A stretch of DNA of 64,000 nt from Eledone cirrhosa (Eukaryota): NCBI GenBank assembly GCA_964016885.1, contig OZ024740.1, forward strand, positions 121,334,001 through 121,398,000, read 5' to 3'. The notes beneath the pieces were generated by a model, which saw only the letters and a program-made list of their open reading frames with translations, was not told the DNA's origin and did no database searches. Position numbers and translations under genes: made by a program. This document shows positions 41,090 to 56,637 of the stretch, piece by piece (position 1 is the stretch's first letter; every line of letters begins with the position of its first letter).

Positions 41090-41640
41090 GCATGTGTACA
41101 TAGACACATACATACACATCAATATACACTCGTACAAAAATATACATACATGCAAAGAGATAAGCGTGCTAATTGTAATTATGGCAAAAGGAAGGTAAAG
41201 TTACATTGTAGTAGTGATTTGAGAAAAACTAGGATTTAGGATCAAATGATGGCAGCAGCTGAGAGGGAATAAGTTTCTGGGTTGATGAGGTACTTACAGA
41301 CATTTGTGTGGTATAGACTTGTGAAGGCTAGAGTATACTTAATGAGTATATTTCTGTGGGTAGTGGGTATCCTAATTTAAAGCTATGTTGTGTTGGTTCG
41401 ATTCACGGAGGTTTGAATCTTATGAATTTAGTGGCAATTCTATGTCTGCAGAAGATATATCTTTCTAACTTATTGTTAAGTAGCCCTTTTACATTTTTGA
41501 GGATATATATTAGTTCAAGATCACATAGCCCGCAGTGGGACATAGCGATGTATATATGAATGTATAGATAATGTGTTTGGCAATACACTGTATGCGTAAT
41601 TAAAAGCATTTTGAAAACCTTACGCTATTGTTTTAAAGTT
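40260..41640 (-). mobile_element. 3' fragment of a Penelope-like element
   Basis: ORF 41403-41609 ends in the PLE GIY-YIG C-terminal signature CGLCDLE...LLN.K.E....CRH. Downstream on the same strand are a microsatellite-rich UTR and an HHR motif. Confidence 0.7.
40482..40594 (-). ncRNA. Hammerhead motif with long stem II and a mutated core
   Basis: Minus strand reads catgtt-CcGAAGA-a-CTGACTGGT...ACCAGTTCAG-a-GAAA-CAATTG-TC-agctatg. It has palindromic ACAATTGT and a U4>C change. Confidence 0.6.
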
Positions 41641-42891
41641 AGTGATTTGTCACTTACTTCTTTTTACAACAATCAAAGGGAGATAAGCTGACATATCTCT
41701 GTTTCATACTGTTGTTATTCCCCAAAGCTTAGCATTACTGGTACTTTATTTTATCAACCCCGTAAGGATGAAAGGCAAAGTTAACCTCGGCGGGATTTGA
41801 ACTCAGACTAGATATCTAAATAATGTGTAGTGGTTATCAGTGGGAAAGGAAAATTCATTACACCATGTATGAATATATTTCATGGCGACCACTTTAATAT
41901 TGAAACAACAGCGATCAACTACGTGTCTCTGAGTCTTCTGGAATAGCAGCTAATTCACCCTCAAAAGCACTCACCACCATCATTAATGACACAATTCCTT
42001 CGATTCACTCTATTTGGAGAAAACAATTATTAATTATTTTTTGCTTGTATTATAGCACTCATTCTACGGCACCCACTCATTCTAGGGTACCCACTCATTC
42101 TCCGTCATTCACTGGTTCAATTGAGCTCACCGATCTCTTCTCCTACAGTGTTTGCTGACAATCTAATAAAATAGAACGCAAATATCCGATTAGAAAATCA
42201 TAGAAACAAACTTATAATAAATGTTTCTTTTTATCTCGTCTAATATCAAAGATATCTAAAGAGTTTGAAGGAAATAGTTACAAGTTGAATTGTTTTCGTA
42301 CGAATCTATATTTAGGAGAATCTCAATAATGACAATAGGTTACCATTTACATTATATTTAGTTTATCTCCTAAAAACAATGCAATGAAATTTAGCTACGA
42401 AGCGGAAAATAAATAGACAATTAACAGATATATATATAAAAATATAAATATAAGTTATTTTCCAATATACAAATGTATTTATGTTTATCTCTCAGCATTT
42501 AGCAACCTCCCGCATCACATTTGACGGAAATTAGACAAGCAAAAACGGAAATATATTTTGACTTCTAAAAGATCGCCCGTAACAAGATTTTCTTCTTTGT
42601 AAGAACTGCTCATGATACATCGAACAGCATTTTCGAAGATATTGTAATTATTTTAATCGTAAATAGACCATTGACATTTTCCACAGCTGTACAGATAATA
42701 TCCTGAAATTACTTTCATGTCTCGACACTTAACTAGGAATATCCTTCCGACATACTTTCACTTTAAAATTGCAGATAGTACTATGTGTACTAAACCATAT
42801 ATACAGATATAAATGTATACTCCCACACGTACACATATAATTTTCTTTCTCACTCTTCAAACCGATATAGATTTCTTCAAATATGTATGAA

Positions 42892-42923
<32 letters not shown>

Positions 42924-42941
42924 CGAGCGAGCGAGCGAGCG

Positions 42942-42996
<55 letters not shown>

Positions 42997-43982
42997 CAGA
43001 CAGAGAGATAAAGAAAGATAGATAGATATATAGATAGAGAGAGTTTCGTTTATATAACGTGTGACAAGGCCCAGTTAGAATGCCAGACACAATCTTTATT
43101 GACAGAGTATTTATTATTTAAATTTTCATGTTTTTCTTTTCACATGGAATTTGGGAAATAGCTGAAAATAAAGTTGAATGAACATTCTAAAGTAACATCA
43201 AAATAGGATTTTACTTTTGTCTTCCATCAAATCATATTTAAAGTGGCAAATTGGCGGAATTCTTAGAACGTCAGATGGAATCCTTTGCATTATTCGTTTC
43301 GGCTCTCTGAGTTCAAATTCCCTCAAGGTAAATATTGTCATTCGTGGATATAAGATCGATAAAAAGGTACCAGTCTAGTACAGGGGTCGATTCTTCTCGG
43401 GCTCCCTTTCTCACTTAATTCTCTAATTTCTATCCTTCTCTTTCCGAAATTTGCAATCAAACGTAGAAAGGTACAGGTCTGCCATATGTTGAAATGACCT
43501 CGAAACACCGTATGTCAATGCGGCGACTCTACACATCCTTCATGTGTTACGGGAATGTATAATTCCGATTCATATTTGTTTAATCAGTTTTATATTATTT
43601 TCTAGTACTCATAGTGACGTTTACTTATTGGCGCTTCCTATTACATTTTTATTCTATTGATTGTTTAGGTAAATGCCTGTGTATTCATGTTTCTTCATAT
43701 AAAGGTGAGTAAGGATATTTTTCTATTATAAGTTGTAAGTATACGTATATTTTAAATTATAAATTTTTTTATTGAGAACAAAATCAAACATGAAAAAAGT
43801 ATTAATTTAACGAAGTGGTTACCGCCCTCAGACGTCATCCAATGCATATTACCTGATTTTTCTGAAGTATGATTTTTATTTGCGTTGTGAAGTACACATT
43901 TCTGATTGAAGACACTCCCAATGTTTCTTAATCATTTCTTTTTTCCTGACACACACACAAAACGCACACATGCACATTCGAA

Positions 43983-44033
<51 letters not shown>

Positions 44034-44524
44034 TTAGTCGTATTTGGGAAGGGTCATGTTGTTTTAATATTGCCAGAAAGATATAGTAAAACACATTCAC
44101 TCTTTATTTTGGTTTAGTATGGTTCTCACTTCTGTATAATTTTATATTTATAGAAATGATTCAGCTGGCAATCAATGTTTATTATTGATTGATCAACAGT
44201 TAGAAAATATAAATGCTTTTTCTCAAAGTTCTTTTGTCATACAATTGTAACATCATCAATGATGTTTCTATGTTTCCCCCCGTTTAGTCCAGTATTAGAG
44301 GAATACAAACAAGGAAACACAGTTGTGTGACGATAGAACTCTCAGAAAATGTATTCGTATTTTTTTTCTGTTGGTCAATCAACGATAAACTTTGATTGCT
44401 AGCTGAAGTATTTATAGAAATATAAAAATATACTGAAGCGAAAACCAAACCAAAAATTCAGTGTTTTACTATATTCTTCTGGCAATATTGTAACAACGTA
44501 ACCATCCCTAAATATAACAATATC

Positions 44525-47500
44525 TGTTTCAGCACAATGCGCGTGGCCTGGGCTCAACTTGGAAGGAAGCAATGCTTCTAAATTACCTTAGGTCACATCG
44601 TATAGATGTGATGGTTATTTGCGAGGCCCGGATCAGCAACGTGCGTCAGCTGGCCCCCACCTTTGATGACTTTGAGAAGCACGCATCTCTCTGTCAGCCC
44701 GGATGTGGGGGTGGGGTTGTCATTCTGCTGCAAAAACATCTGGGCCCCGCAACAAAGACGGTACATTTGGACCGGGAGTATCGACTAGTGATTCTGGACC
44801 TTGGCAGTAGTGAAGGCGTTTAGGTTGGTAGCCGTCTACGGCCCTTTCGGGTCAATGCGGCCGGACTTCTTCCATCGTCTGGAGACTTTTCTGGGGACGT
44901 CCCGCTCCTTGCTATTAGTGGGGGACTGGAATGGTATCCTAGATGCACGTTGGGACTACGTAGGAGCCTGTCCCAATAGAAAGGGGTGTAATAGCCTCAA
45001 AGGGTTAATCGGTCGATTTGACCTGGCCGATAGATATCGACTAGATTTTCCGACTGCGCCTACCTGGACATGGGCAAACCGTAGCGGATCATCTAGGTCG
45101 TACCTAGATAGGTTCTTAGTTAGAAATAAGGATAAGGACTTTTTAAGCTGTCCAAAAATGCGCATTCAGACCAAAAGTTAGTGACCTGCATGGTCAACCT
45201 TGACAGAACGCATAGACAGGGACCCGGTTACTGGAAGCTCAACTTGTTGTCACCGGCAAGTAAGGCTTACAGGGACCTGATTAGCACTTTAGTTAAGGAA
45301 CGGTTGACGGGCGCCATCGTCAACAGCAGGTGGTTGTGATCTCTCAAAAGAGAGATTAGAGTAGTCTCTAGAGAATTTAGTAAGGAGTTAGCCTCAAATA
45401 GAAATAGGAAGGAAAGGGAGTTGGTAGATAGTGTAGAAGAGTCAATTAGAAGCGGCGACGTGACTAGAGTGCTAGCGTCGAGAAAGGACCTGGGCCAGTT
45501 CTTCGACACGAAACACGAAGGCTGCATCGTCCGAAGCAAAATACGTGCTCTGGGAAACGAGGGAACCAAAGCTGTTAGCTGAGACCGCGTGACAGAAGCC
45601 AAAAGAGGGAGTAGATCCACTATCCGGTCTTTGCGAGACCAGGATGGACGGGTAATCCTTGAACCTAAGCAGATGTGCGAGACCTTTCAAAAGCACTTTG
45701 CCAGATTGTTCGGAAGGGGCGGGGAGGCGGTTGGGGAAGTGGACTTCGGTCCATACATCGACGGCCTGCCACGTCTCTCGGACAGTAAGGCGAAGTCCTG
45801 CGATGAGCCGATTTCAGCAGCTGAGATAGAGGACATTCTGAACCAATGCGGCAAACGCAAATCCCCGGGTCTCGATGGTCTTCCATACGAACTATATCTA
45901 GTTATGCCGGACTTCTTCCCCAATCACGTCGAGGCGGTCTACTGCAACTGGCAACAGAACGGGAGAATTCCCTGTGCTGTGACCAAGGGCGTAGTCACAC
46001 TAGTGAGGAAGGACGAGAACAAGGGGGACGATATAAATAATTTCAGGCCCATAACTCTGCTAAATACAGAGTTACAGATTTTGGCCAAGGTGCTAGCAAA
46101 GTGCTTGGCGCTTGTCGTGGGCAACCTGGTGGGAGATGCGCAGACATGTGCTATCCCGTCCAGGTCCATCCACAACAACTTTCACCTCATGCGATACATC
46201 GTAGAGAGGGTTGGGAACGAACCCGGCTTTGGTGGGGCCCTGATAAACTTGGATCAATCTAAGGCGTTCGATAGGGTCGACTATGGTTACCTGGATGCGG
46301 TGCTAGCGGCGGCAGGCTTCAGACCCGTTTTCAGGGGCTGGATCAATGCCATGCACTGCAGCCGCATCTGCTCTAGGGTCAGGTTGAACGGCTACCTCTC
46401 GGAGCCGTCGAAATGGCGCGGTCCATCCGACAAGGGTGCCCTCTCTCCTGCCTTCTGTATATAATCACACTAGAGCCACTGCTGCGGAAGTTGGAGTTGT
46501 TGCAGGGCATCCCGTTGGAACCGGGATTGCGGAAAGCGGTGTCGGCATACGCAGATGACGTAACAGTAATTGTGTCGACGGCCTCGGAAATCAGGGCGAA
46601 CGGCACCTTACTGGAGGAGTACGAAAGGTTTACAGGGGCTAAGCTGAACCGGGACAAGTCGATCGGACTGCAACTCGGCACGTGGAGGGGCAGATCGTTG
46701 CCCTCCGATGGCGTCGTCGGGCGCTGGACGGAGGGCCCGGTGAAGTTGCTCGGGGTCTGGTTCGGACCAGACCTCCAGGTGGAGAAGAACTGGGGTGATG
46801 TAACGAACAGGGTGTTTGCACTGACCCAGATGTGGGCCGAGTGCAAACTGCCCCTGAAAGGTCGGGCGGAGGTGGAGAACACTTATATAGCGTCCGTCAT
46901 CTACTACCGCCTGACCGTTGTGCCTTGCCCTAGGGAAACTCTCGCCAAAATGGAGCGTGCTCTCTTCCAATTACTTTGGAAAACCGGGCTCCTATGGTGA
47001 GGAGATCCATCTGCTGTCAACACCCTTTGAAAGGAGGGCTGGGGATGCCGTGGCTAATGATACGTAAACACGCACTAAGGCTACGGCACCTGCAAGTATT
47101 CCTTACGGGTCAACCGGTGTGGGCCCCGTTTTTGAGGCGAGCCTTTCCCAGACTCGTCTCGCTCACCGAGCTGCAATGCTAGATCAAACAAAGACCGAGA
47201 AAACTGGGCGCCTGGCCAGGCGGACCCGGCTGTGAGTGGAGAATCCACCTCGTCATCCTATAGAGGGCTGGTGGTTAGCAGGTGCGACGACGCCCTCGGA
47301 GAAGCCCTGGGCATGGAAGAAGACGAACTGGCCAACCTGTTCGGTAGGACATTCAGCCCGGGATCCATGGATAACTTCCAAAGGTCCCTGACCTGGCAGT
47401 GCTACTGAGGGGCTCTGCCCGTTCGAGAAAGGCTCTACAGACACGGGCGCCCGGGTAGGGACCCCTCGAAAAAGATCTGTCCCAGATGCGTGTGCGACGA

Positions 47501-48150
47501 GGAAACCGTTGCACACGCATTGGTACACTGCTCGGGCATTGCCGATCTGTGAGGCTATGTCGAACAACTGCTGTCAAGTGTGGGACCGATCCGGTGGACC
47601 ACCGAGTCTATTGTAACGATCAAGCCGCCTTCCCTCTGCAAAAACGAAGGAGAGGCGGTGTTTCTCTGCGTTTTAGCCATGGCGTAAGAGGTTTTATGGT
47701 GGACGCGTCTGAAAGGACTGAGGTCAGACACCTTTCTATCTGGCCAACAACTGGTCCGTTTCTTCCGATATCATTTCGGAAGAAGGATCAGGATGGAGAG
47801 AGAGGTGCTGCACCCCAGCCGTGTTTATGAAAGATGGGTGAAAGGGGCGAGAATGGTCTGTGTGAATGGGCCTTCACTCTACATCAGACTATATGTGAGG
47901 GAGATGAATGATCAAGGGAGCGCCCCCTCTCTGTGCTCCTGAGGAGAAGGGTTGCACACTTTTTTCAGGGGTGTGTGCGACCCCCGTGCGCCTCCTCCCT
48001 ATTGAGGATTTTGTTATTAAATTTATTTTTGTTATATTTTATTTTATTTTTATATCTTGTTATTGCCTCCTCCTTATAGAGGACGCCTTTTTATGTAAAC
48101 TCCCCCATTGTACTTGTCCCATTGTTGATGCCCTGTTGGCAAATAAAAAG
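44525..48150 (+). mobile_element. Tx1/L1-clade LINE, ORF2 and 3' UTR, disrupted
   Basis: GC-rich island. APE endonuclease motifs (NARGL, LVAVYGP, GDWN, SYLDRF), then WKLN, RT motifs (SPGLDGLPYE, RPITLLN, DQSKAFDRV, RQGCPLS, AYADD, KGGLG) and a C-terminal CPRC....ET..H....C. Several stops and frameshifts. AATAAA near 48142. Confidence 0.92.
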
Positions 48151-51100
48151 GAAGTTATCGTTTTCAGCACAAGGTGGGTGACAGGCAGATGGCATATAGG
48201 ACCGATTGAAAGTGGAAGATGACAAGGAGGATTGCACTGGCACACAGAAGTGACTGGAAAAAGAAAATTAAGAAAGGTGATGTACAAGCCTATTTTACAC
48301 ACACACTTACCTTCACCCTCATCAGCTCTTAAGGCTGACTCTTTTTTTGTGATGTCACATATATGTAATAACACAAGTATTTTTGGTTACGAACCGTCAT
48401 GGAAAGATATGAAAAAGAAAAAAAAAAGAACTGCTGTTGCATTATATTCATCACCCATTAACTTTAGTTGAGGTGTTTAATGTTTGGCGTACTACTGTCA
48501 AGTATTTCAGAAGCTTCTACAATATTAGGAAATGGGATGTTGTTGTTGCTAATAAGTTTCTTTTGTGTAATTTTGGTTTGTAATACGTAGATGTATTGGA
48601 ATTGAATACAAAGCATAAAACATTTGAAATATGCCATGAATATGATTTCAATTATATAGACAATAATTAATATATGTGTAGTCGAGCTAGTGGTAGAGGC
48701 GTACGCCAGACAAAATTATTTTGAAATACCAAGTAAACAATAATCCAAAGCTGAGAAAAGAAATCATAAATTGAGATAATATAAGCCAAATAATGATTGG
48801 AATATAATTAATTAACAATAATGAAATGATAAAAGATATAAAAACATACTGAGTAATTAATTGCAAACCAATATCTTACATATATCTAAATGCAATACTT
48901 AAACAGCAGGATAAACAATCTATTTGTAAGATAAGATAATTTTTTTTTTTTTAGATTGTAAACAAGTACGACATGTCACTGAAATTTCAATACATAGATT
49001 ACAGACTAAAAGATATTATACGGATTCATGTAAATGAACAGAGATTGTGAAGTTTGTGTCAGATATATCTTTAAAAGTAAAGGCGAACCTGTGATATCTG
49101 AATATAGACATCAAGGGAGTAGAAAAGAAATAAACAGCAAATGAAAATGATAAAATGCACAAGTCAATAATTAAACATTCGTAAATATACACGGAAGTTA
49201 AAATCAAATTGAAAACCAAAAGACAAAAAGAAAGAACAAAATCTAGACTAGTTTTTCGTATTCAATATCTCGCAAACGTATGTCGATATAAAATTCAAAA
49301 TATTTTGTAAATTAAATTGTATGTGACTGGTATATTATTCTACACGCTACCGAAAGTAAAATGCAGCTTTGATTGTCTTTGAAATAAAATAATGTGCAGT
49401 CATGTCATATTACTGCAGGTCTAGCGAGTAGTGATGAAGATTATTGTGACAAAAGCAGTCAATCATCGGACGAAATGAGTTTTATATTTCGAGTTCAAAT
49501 CTCTAATTTATATAGTTAAGTATGCTCGCCATTCAAACGTAGATGAACGCGTATACCGCAACCTTAATATTATTTCTGCGAGGAAGAGTTATTCAATATA
49601 TTATTAGATTTAAATGGCGTGTTGTTGGAACAATGCCACACGGTAAATTATTGTAGATTGATGTTGCTGAAGGCTTAAGGTTTGGGAAATGAAAGTATAG
49701 TTGTAACATTCGCAATTTGTATTTGCATAAGTGCAACGAAATGAATAAAATATCAGAAAATTATAAAATAATGAAACCAATACGTTATGTTGTATTAATG
49801 ATCTACCAGTTATGCTCTGAACACTCCACAACTGTGCATATCGATTAAGCATTTTTAATACTCTGCTGCACTCAAAAATGCTCGATGGCGTACTTTCATT
49901 TTTGCCGGGTACAAAAATTCCAGCGTCTTTCGCTTGAACTTCTTTAAATAGTTAGTCGTCTGTTTGTTTATATTAAAGTTCTCCGAGATAACGCATCTTG
50001 GAAAAACATTCCCCCGTCGAAATCGCAACCAACATAGAAAAACGCATTCCTCGCTGCTCTTCTGGATCCATTGGCACTGCTCTGAAAAAAGTTACATATT
50101 ATGGCAATTCTCTGTTATCGTCACTCTTTTGTTTTGGTGTCGTGTTCCCTTTTTTGTCTGGTGGGTTTATATTTCACTATCCTTCTGTACATCACAAGAC
50201 GATGGAATGGCAAAACTGGATTGGTCATGATAACGCCACTTGTTCGTATGACAGGAATATGCCAGTCCTTGCTAGGACTCTGTCATTTAGGCAACATTGA
50301 CTGAGGGTACTGTAAAGACAGAGGCTTGTGCCTTTCTTCACGTTCGGTATTTCATACCTTTAAAGTAAAACGGCCTCAGGTGGTCTTTGCTAACATAGCA
50401 ATTGGAAATTATTCTCTATTTCACCAGCGTCATACCCATCATTTAGCTCCCTATCTGGCTCATATCTCATCTCAAGTGAGGCTGGTTTTCGGGAGTTTTT
50501 ATTACATGTATGCCAGGGATTATAAAGGTAAAACATGTTCAGTGTTTATTAGAGATTGTTTGTAAACCCTTTCTAATCAATCTTTTTCTTTCAATCCATC
50601 AGCACTATCCACCCGCCCATATTAAGATACAATGCGACAATAAGCCTTGAGTCAACTTCATTCGTAATGCCACTGGCCTTCAGCGAACACGTCATTTGGA
50701 TTAATTTAGTGGGCGTACAATTTAAGCATGTCATTTCGATGCATCTTCGGCAGTAAGTATTAGGCAATCAATTACATAATCCTTTTCTTATGGTCAGTAT
50801 TACTCTCCACACACTCGATAACGCATCTTTCAGTTGTTGCACAGAAGTAAAATAAAAGCACCCATATTTTCTTATCAAGCACATATATTACCTTCCTCAT
50901 TTAAAATGCTAGGATATAGTGTTCAGGTAAGTGGGCAATTAGATCTTGCGTATACGCTGAAAGAGCAAACTAATAAAAAAAACTCTTGCTTTCAACATTA
51001 TTTCTGTTTGTAATTTCATATCAAACTCATCTGTGTTCTTCTGCTATTGTATTTACTACTTGCTGTATGTACTCCCCATGTTTTAATAATAATATCCAAA

Positions 51101-54100
51101 GGAAGATCATTGCTTTTTCGATAGTTCAGTTATACGTGCTAATAAAGCTAATATACTTGTTTTCCCGTACCCAGCTTATTATTGCTGAGGTGGTCTTCTC
51201 ACTTGCTGTCATTGTTTTTTTAGGCACATTTTGCGATGTACGTCTCAAAAGGCTTAGTTACGTTACAAAAAATAAACAGATATAGACATATTCGCTCGGA
51301 ATGGGTAATGTGTCATTGTACTTTCCAGAGAGAATACTCATGTTAAATAGTCTGCAACTAACAGATCTGTTAAATATCAATGCGGTAACAATCCCGAAGA
51401 TCGCGAATAGGCCATGCTGACTATGGTCTATTTATAGACCTCAAAATAGTGACAGGCAAAGTTGACCGCAGCCTTATTTGAACACAGAGTGTAATCTGTG
51501 AGACATTTAACCTCATGCCGTTACGACTTTATTTTTTATATATCAACAAAGGTGGACCGTAAATTACTTGTTTAACTTTATCCCTTTGTTTCGCTCAGTC
51601 TTTCATTGGAATGAATCGGTTGCCTTAATGCTTTGAGAATGACTGACCCCACCAGGTTTTTCAAAATACCCAGAGTGCACTATGAATTAGATCGGTGCTC
51701 GTATGACTCCACCCCTCATTAACATTAACATTTCCTAGTCTGGTAAGAATTGAAATGGACGGACAAAGAATAACGATAAATACAGCCAAAGCTTTTAATT
51801 CAAGTATAAGGTTAAACAATATTTGTTTGTTTGTAATATAGGAACTAGAACGGAATTCATGGGAGGGGTGGGGAAAATGAGATTAAATGGATCTGAGTTG
51901 TTGAGTGGTAATTGATATTCATCTGACTCGAAGTCGAAGGATAAAATGCAAAGTTGACCTCGTAGTAATTTGAATATAGAAGGAAAGGAGTTGGAATAAT
52001 TGCTCCAGAGTATTTGCCAGACGCTGTAAATGTTCCGCTAATTTATAATAATCAAAGAGAGGTGTATAACTAATTACTATTTGGAATTATAGTGGGAAAG
52101 AATGGGCAGAGATATGGATGATGCCGTAAGGGCTGGTGGTGTTAAAGGTTTTATTTTTATGTTGTGCGCAAAGGGGAATAATGATAGTGGGAGTAGTAGT
52201 GAGGATGGTGATAAAAAGGACATTAAGATGATCAGTTAGAAATGATTCTTTTCTTTCAGATAATCAACACATGTTATGCAAATCCAATCTAGCATATCAT
52301 TGTAACTTCGTTAATTTCCGAAAGAGCTAAGCATTAGAAAAGAGAAATAAGTAATTTTAACCTTGTCATTTCATTTTAGAGAACTTGTTTAAAACTGTAA
52401 CTTTGACGACACACTTTTGGAAAGTTTGTAAAGTTTGAGCTAAACGTAATTATTTGATACTGCCAATGTATTTTGTTGCCTTGTGTATGAAAAACCAAAC
52501 CATCATCAATAATGTTATTTAATTCATTCCTTTCTTAATATAGTTGGAATACCTGGAAACAGTTTTATGTAACAGGATAGAATTTATGTGAAAAGTAAAA
52601 ATAATTGTAAAATATAACAACATTCAAAACAATTGGTTTACCTTCAAAGGTTAAACAAAATCAAAACAAAATAAAAGGACAATGTTACCCATTTTTAATT
52701 GAAGAACATACTTGCAGCCACCAGCTTATTTTTAGTATTTATTTTTCATCTCCGAATGCATGAATTTCAACATTTGCTAGGATTTGATATCAGATTTACA
52801 AAAAACAGTAAATTAATTTGTAAATCTCTGCAATCTACTTGGGTAGGTTAATGTTAAAACAAGAATATACATAAACGGATTCTAGTGTATGATTGTCCTT
52901 TATGTTAACGACTCTGATAAAATCAAAGCCTGTGACATTTGAAACCATGAGGTAAAGAGAATGAACTAAATAACTTAGGGCGATGGGGCCAGTGCCATAA
53001 CGATTGTAGCTAAATATTATGTGGGACGTCTGGCGTCTATTAATTAAAACAATTTTTTTGCCGACACTTATTCTATTGATCTGGAGGTATAATCAGATCC
53101 ATAATCATATGTAAGCATCTAGTAGTCTCAGTTAGTTGATGATAATAAAGGATTATATAATATATCAGTTATGATATAAATCTTCAAAATTGATTTTCAT
53201 TTATTCAATGAACATAAATATTACAGGGAATATAAAAAAAGGACAAATATTTTAATGAATAAGAAAAAATAAGAATGAAACAATGATAAACATTCAACGA
53301 TGGGCTAGGTTGCAATCAATACAAAATGGATAGATTAAGATTGCATTAAAATACAATGTGATAGGAGCGGCTAATATCTATAATTAGTGGGCAGTTGGTT
53401 CGTCTATGTTAGCGATGTTCTTTTACTGAATATGACACACATGTTGGCCATAAAGCTGATAATAAAATCAAATTGTAAACTGGGCGAGCTTTTATTATAA
53501 AAGCCATGTTTGTTTGTCATTCTAACGCCTCTTTGTGTTTTGAGGTCAAATAAGTAATCGATGTTAATAGCAAAAAAAAGATTAAATAGTGGGATGGAAT
53601 GAGAAGAAAGACACATAATAGAAACAAATGCATACGTTCATACATAGTCATTTACATCAATACTTAGATGGTCTAAAAAATTCCCTTACAAGTACCAATA
53701 TACAACCATAGTCACACACACGTTCATATATATACTTGTACACACACACATATATATAAATATATATATATATTTCGTTAATTTCCCATAGCCGAAATAC
53801 GATCCTCGCTAATTTATATGTGTATCAATCTCCAGAGTCTAGCTATTAACAAGTTAATTTTTTGGATTTTTTTTAGTTAATTCTATTAACTGATTAATAG
53901 CTCTTGTTAATTTTTAAACCTATTCTGTCGAGAGATTAATTAGTTTTGTGATATTTTGCAAGTTTGCAATACCACACATACTTAATTCATCCGCCAAAAC
54001 TAGGGGTTGTCCCCATTATCAACCCCACGTGGGTTTTGATAGTCCTTGGCTTAGCACAGAACTAAATGCCTGTTGAAAAAGTGACTTCCTTGTTCGATCA

Positions 54101-54488
54101 TCATACCAACAGCTTAACATTATTTGTTTAAGCAGACAGTACCAGATTTAGGAGTTGCAGAAACCCCATACTGGATATTACCAACGTTTCCGGGGGTCCG
54201 GGTATAATTTTCAATCATATTTTATTATTTGTTTGACCCGAATTGCTGTGCGGATAATTGTTTAACCATCGTCTCAGTGTGTTTGGCCTTTATATTTACG
54301 TTGTTGCTCTAGTACACTAGCTTCTATGAAGCGCTTGCCTCACATCTCGGAAGGTGTCTCTCGCTAATTTCCAATAGCCGAAATACGATCCTCGCTAATT
54401 TATATTTATATATATAGAGAGAGAGATTATTTATCCTTATGGAGCCTTCTTTGGATTTTAGTCTTTAAATTTATTATTATTACTATAT

Positions 54489-54564
<76 letters not shown>

Positions 54565-54825
54565 GTATCTATATAGCTTGTCGCTATCTCTTATTTTTAG
54601 GACCACATCCTAGAGTACTTGTAGATATTTGACTGCAAGGAATGTTCCCAGAAAGGACATCATATACGCCTTCAATCTGATACATATGTTCTTAATTAAG
54701 CCAAACGTGTTGACTTAAGTATAACAAAAATAAACTAATTATGAAATATCCTATTTGTAGATACTATGAGAAACATATTACTGTAACATAAGAATTGTTC
54801 ATTTAAATCTATCACATTATTTTAG

Positions 54826-55012
54826 ACGGATTGGCAGTATCGGTAGAGGGTTGGACGCCATGCTTTGCATCAAAGAGTTACAGCCCTTTATGGTCTGAGT
54901 TCAAATCCTGCCGAGGTTATCTTTGCCTTTCATCCTTACCAGGTCGATAAAATAAAGTACCAGTTATACACTGGGGTAATTGTTGGCCTTGTTCCAAAAG
55001 TAGAAACAATTA
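54826..55012 (+). mobile_element. tRNA-derived SINE
   Basis: A-box-like TGGCAGTATCGG and B-box GAGTTCAAATCC, then a body (ttgcctttcatcc...gataaaataaagtaccag) shared with 56447-56637. Fragments lie at ~2182-2260, 3325-3385, 5686-5770, 41730-41810, 43240-43390 and 51900-52040. Confidence 0.8.
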
Positions 55013-55616
55013 TTTTAGACAGACTTACCATTTTTGCATGTGGACTGGTAATTGGTGTGTTTTTCAAGCGCAATCAGTGTCAATAGTGTTCGGTTGATGC
55101 ATTCATGTATTGTATCAGCTTTGGTCTACGTCATCAATGTTTGTGTAGAATCACACTCTGATAACCACAGCTTCATATCAGATCTACATATATTTATGAC
55201 GTGATTATGTTCAGTAAAACGCTCTCACAATATGTCGATTCAGTATTTACTTATGGAAACGGTATGTCTGCCTGTAATAATAATTTTTGGATTAGCCACA
55301 AGTATCCTGCAATTAAATGTGAAAACATTGACAAGATAGGGGAAAAGCTAAATATGTTTACGTAATTCTTTCATTTCGTCTGTTCTACATGAAACTTGTT
55401 TCTTTCAAAGGATATTTAAACTTTTTTACTTATATATCTCTGCAGCAATGCTTCAGTATCACGTTGCATGGACTTTATTTCACGTGTTGTTTATACCCAG
55501 ATAAGGTTTGGTCAACCGGGTTTTACAATAAAGTACAATAAAGTACTACAGGCCAATTTCAACTGATTTATGATTTTTGTGCTGCTTGCATAGATTGTAA
55601 CTAACAGCTGAATGTA

Positions 55617-55784
<168 letters not shown>

Positions 55785-56446
55785 AAGAGACAGAGATTAT
55801 GAAGAATCGAAGTCAGTGTTGCAGCATAACTACAGACTTTGTTGGTACATTACAAGTGTTTCGATATCGATCAGATCTAGGTACGAGGAAAATGAGAGAG
55901 CCCGACTATTTTTCGATATCTTGTCAGATATGCAAGTTTATATCTGCAAAGACACATTTAAACTGTTAACAGGGACCCTGAAATCTATTTACATTCAATT
56001 ATTTATGATTTTCTAAGGGGTGGGATAGTAACAGTAGATTTACGTTAAAAGAGTGACAGATAAAGAATAAAGGATAAGAAACAAAAAAAAAAGGATAAAG
56101 AATATAACCGAGACGGAAACAGTAACAGAATTGAGTGCATCGAACGGTGCACTGTTTATAACTGTAGTTACACACCTAACTAACTGTTTTCACAAGTTTC
56201 ATGATTTTCAAATGTTAAGAGAGAGGGTGAGATGAGTTTCTAAGCTGACTTATAACTCGCATCCAACTTATGTTGGGACTTTCTTTCAGTTTTATGCAAC
56301 GGTGTGGTATTGTGTTTTTGTCAATCCCCGAAATTTCAATTGTACAGGAATTTTGTTTATGTATGATTGATTGTGTGCATAGTATTTTCGTTCCTGATAC
56401 GAATAATAATAACAACAACAACAACAACAATAATAGTAATAATTTA

Positions 56447-56637
56447 ATTGTTTCTACTTATTTGGCACAAGGCCAGCAATAACCAGTGCATTACTGGTAC
56501 TTTATTTTATCGACCCCGTAAGGATGAAAGGCAAAGTTAACCTCTGCGGGATTTGAACTCAGATTATAAAGGGACGTAACTCTATGCTGAAAAGTATGGT
56601 ATCCGACTCTCTACCGATACTGCCAATCCACTGCCAT
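56447..56637 (-). mobile_element. tRNA-derived SINE, near full length
   Basis: The reverse complement shows the same A and B boxes and body as 54826-55012. The 3' end runs into an (AAT)/(AAC) tract. Confidence 0.85.

Noticed and set aside
49600-50950. Possible Tc1/IS630-like transposase remnant (minus strand)
   Set aside because: Weak peptide resemblance only. Catalytic motifs and ends are not identifiable without a search.
54826-54912. tRNA gene
   Set aside because: The A and B boxes are too far apart for a cloverleaf and are followed by a repeated SINE body.
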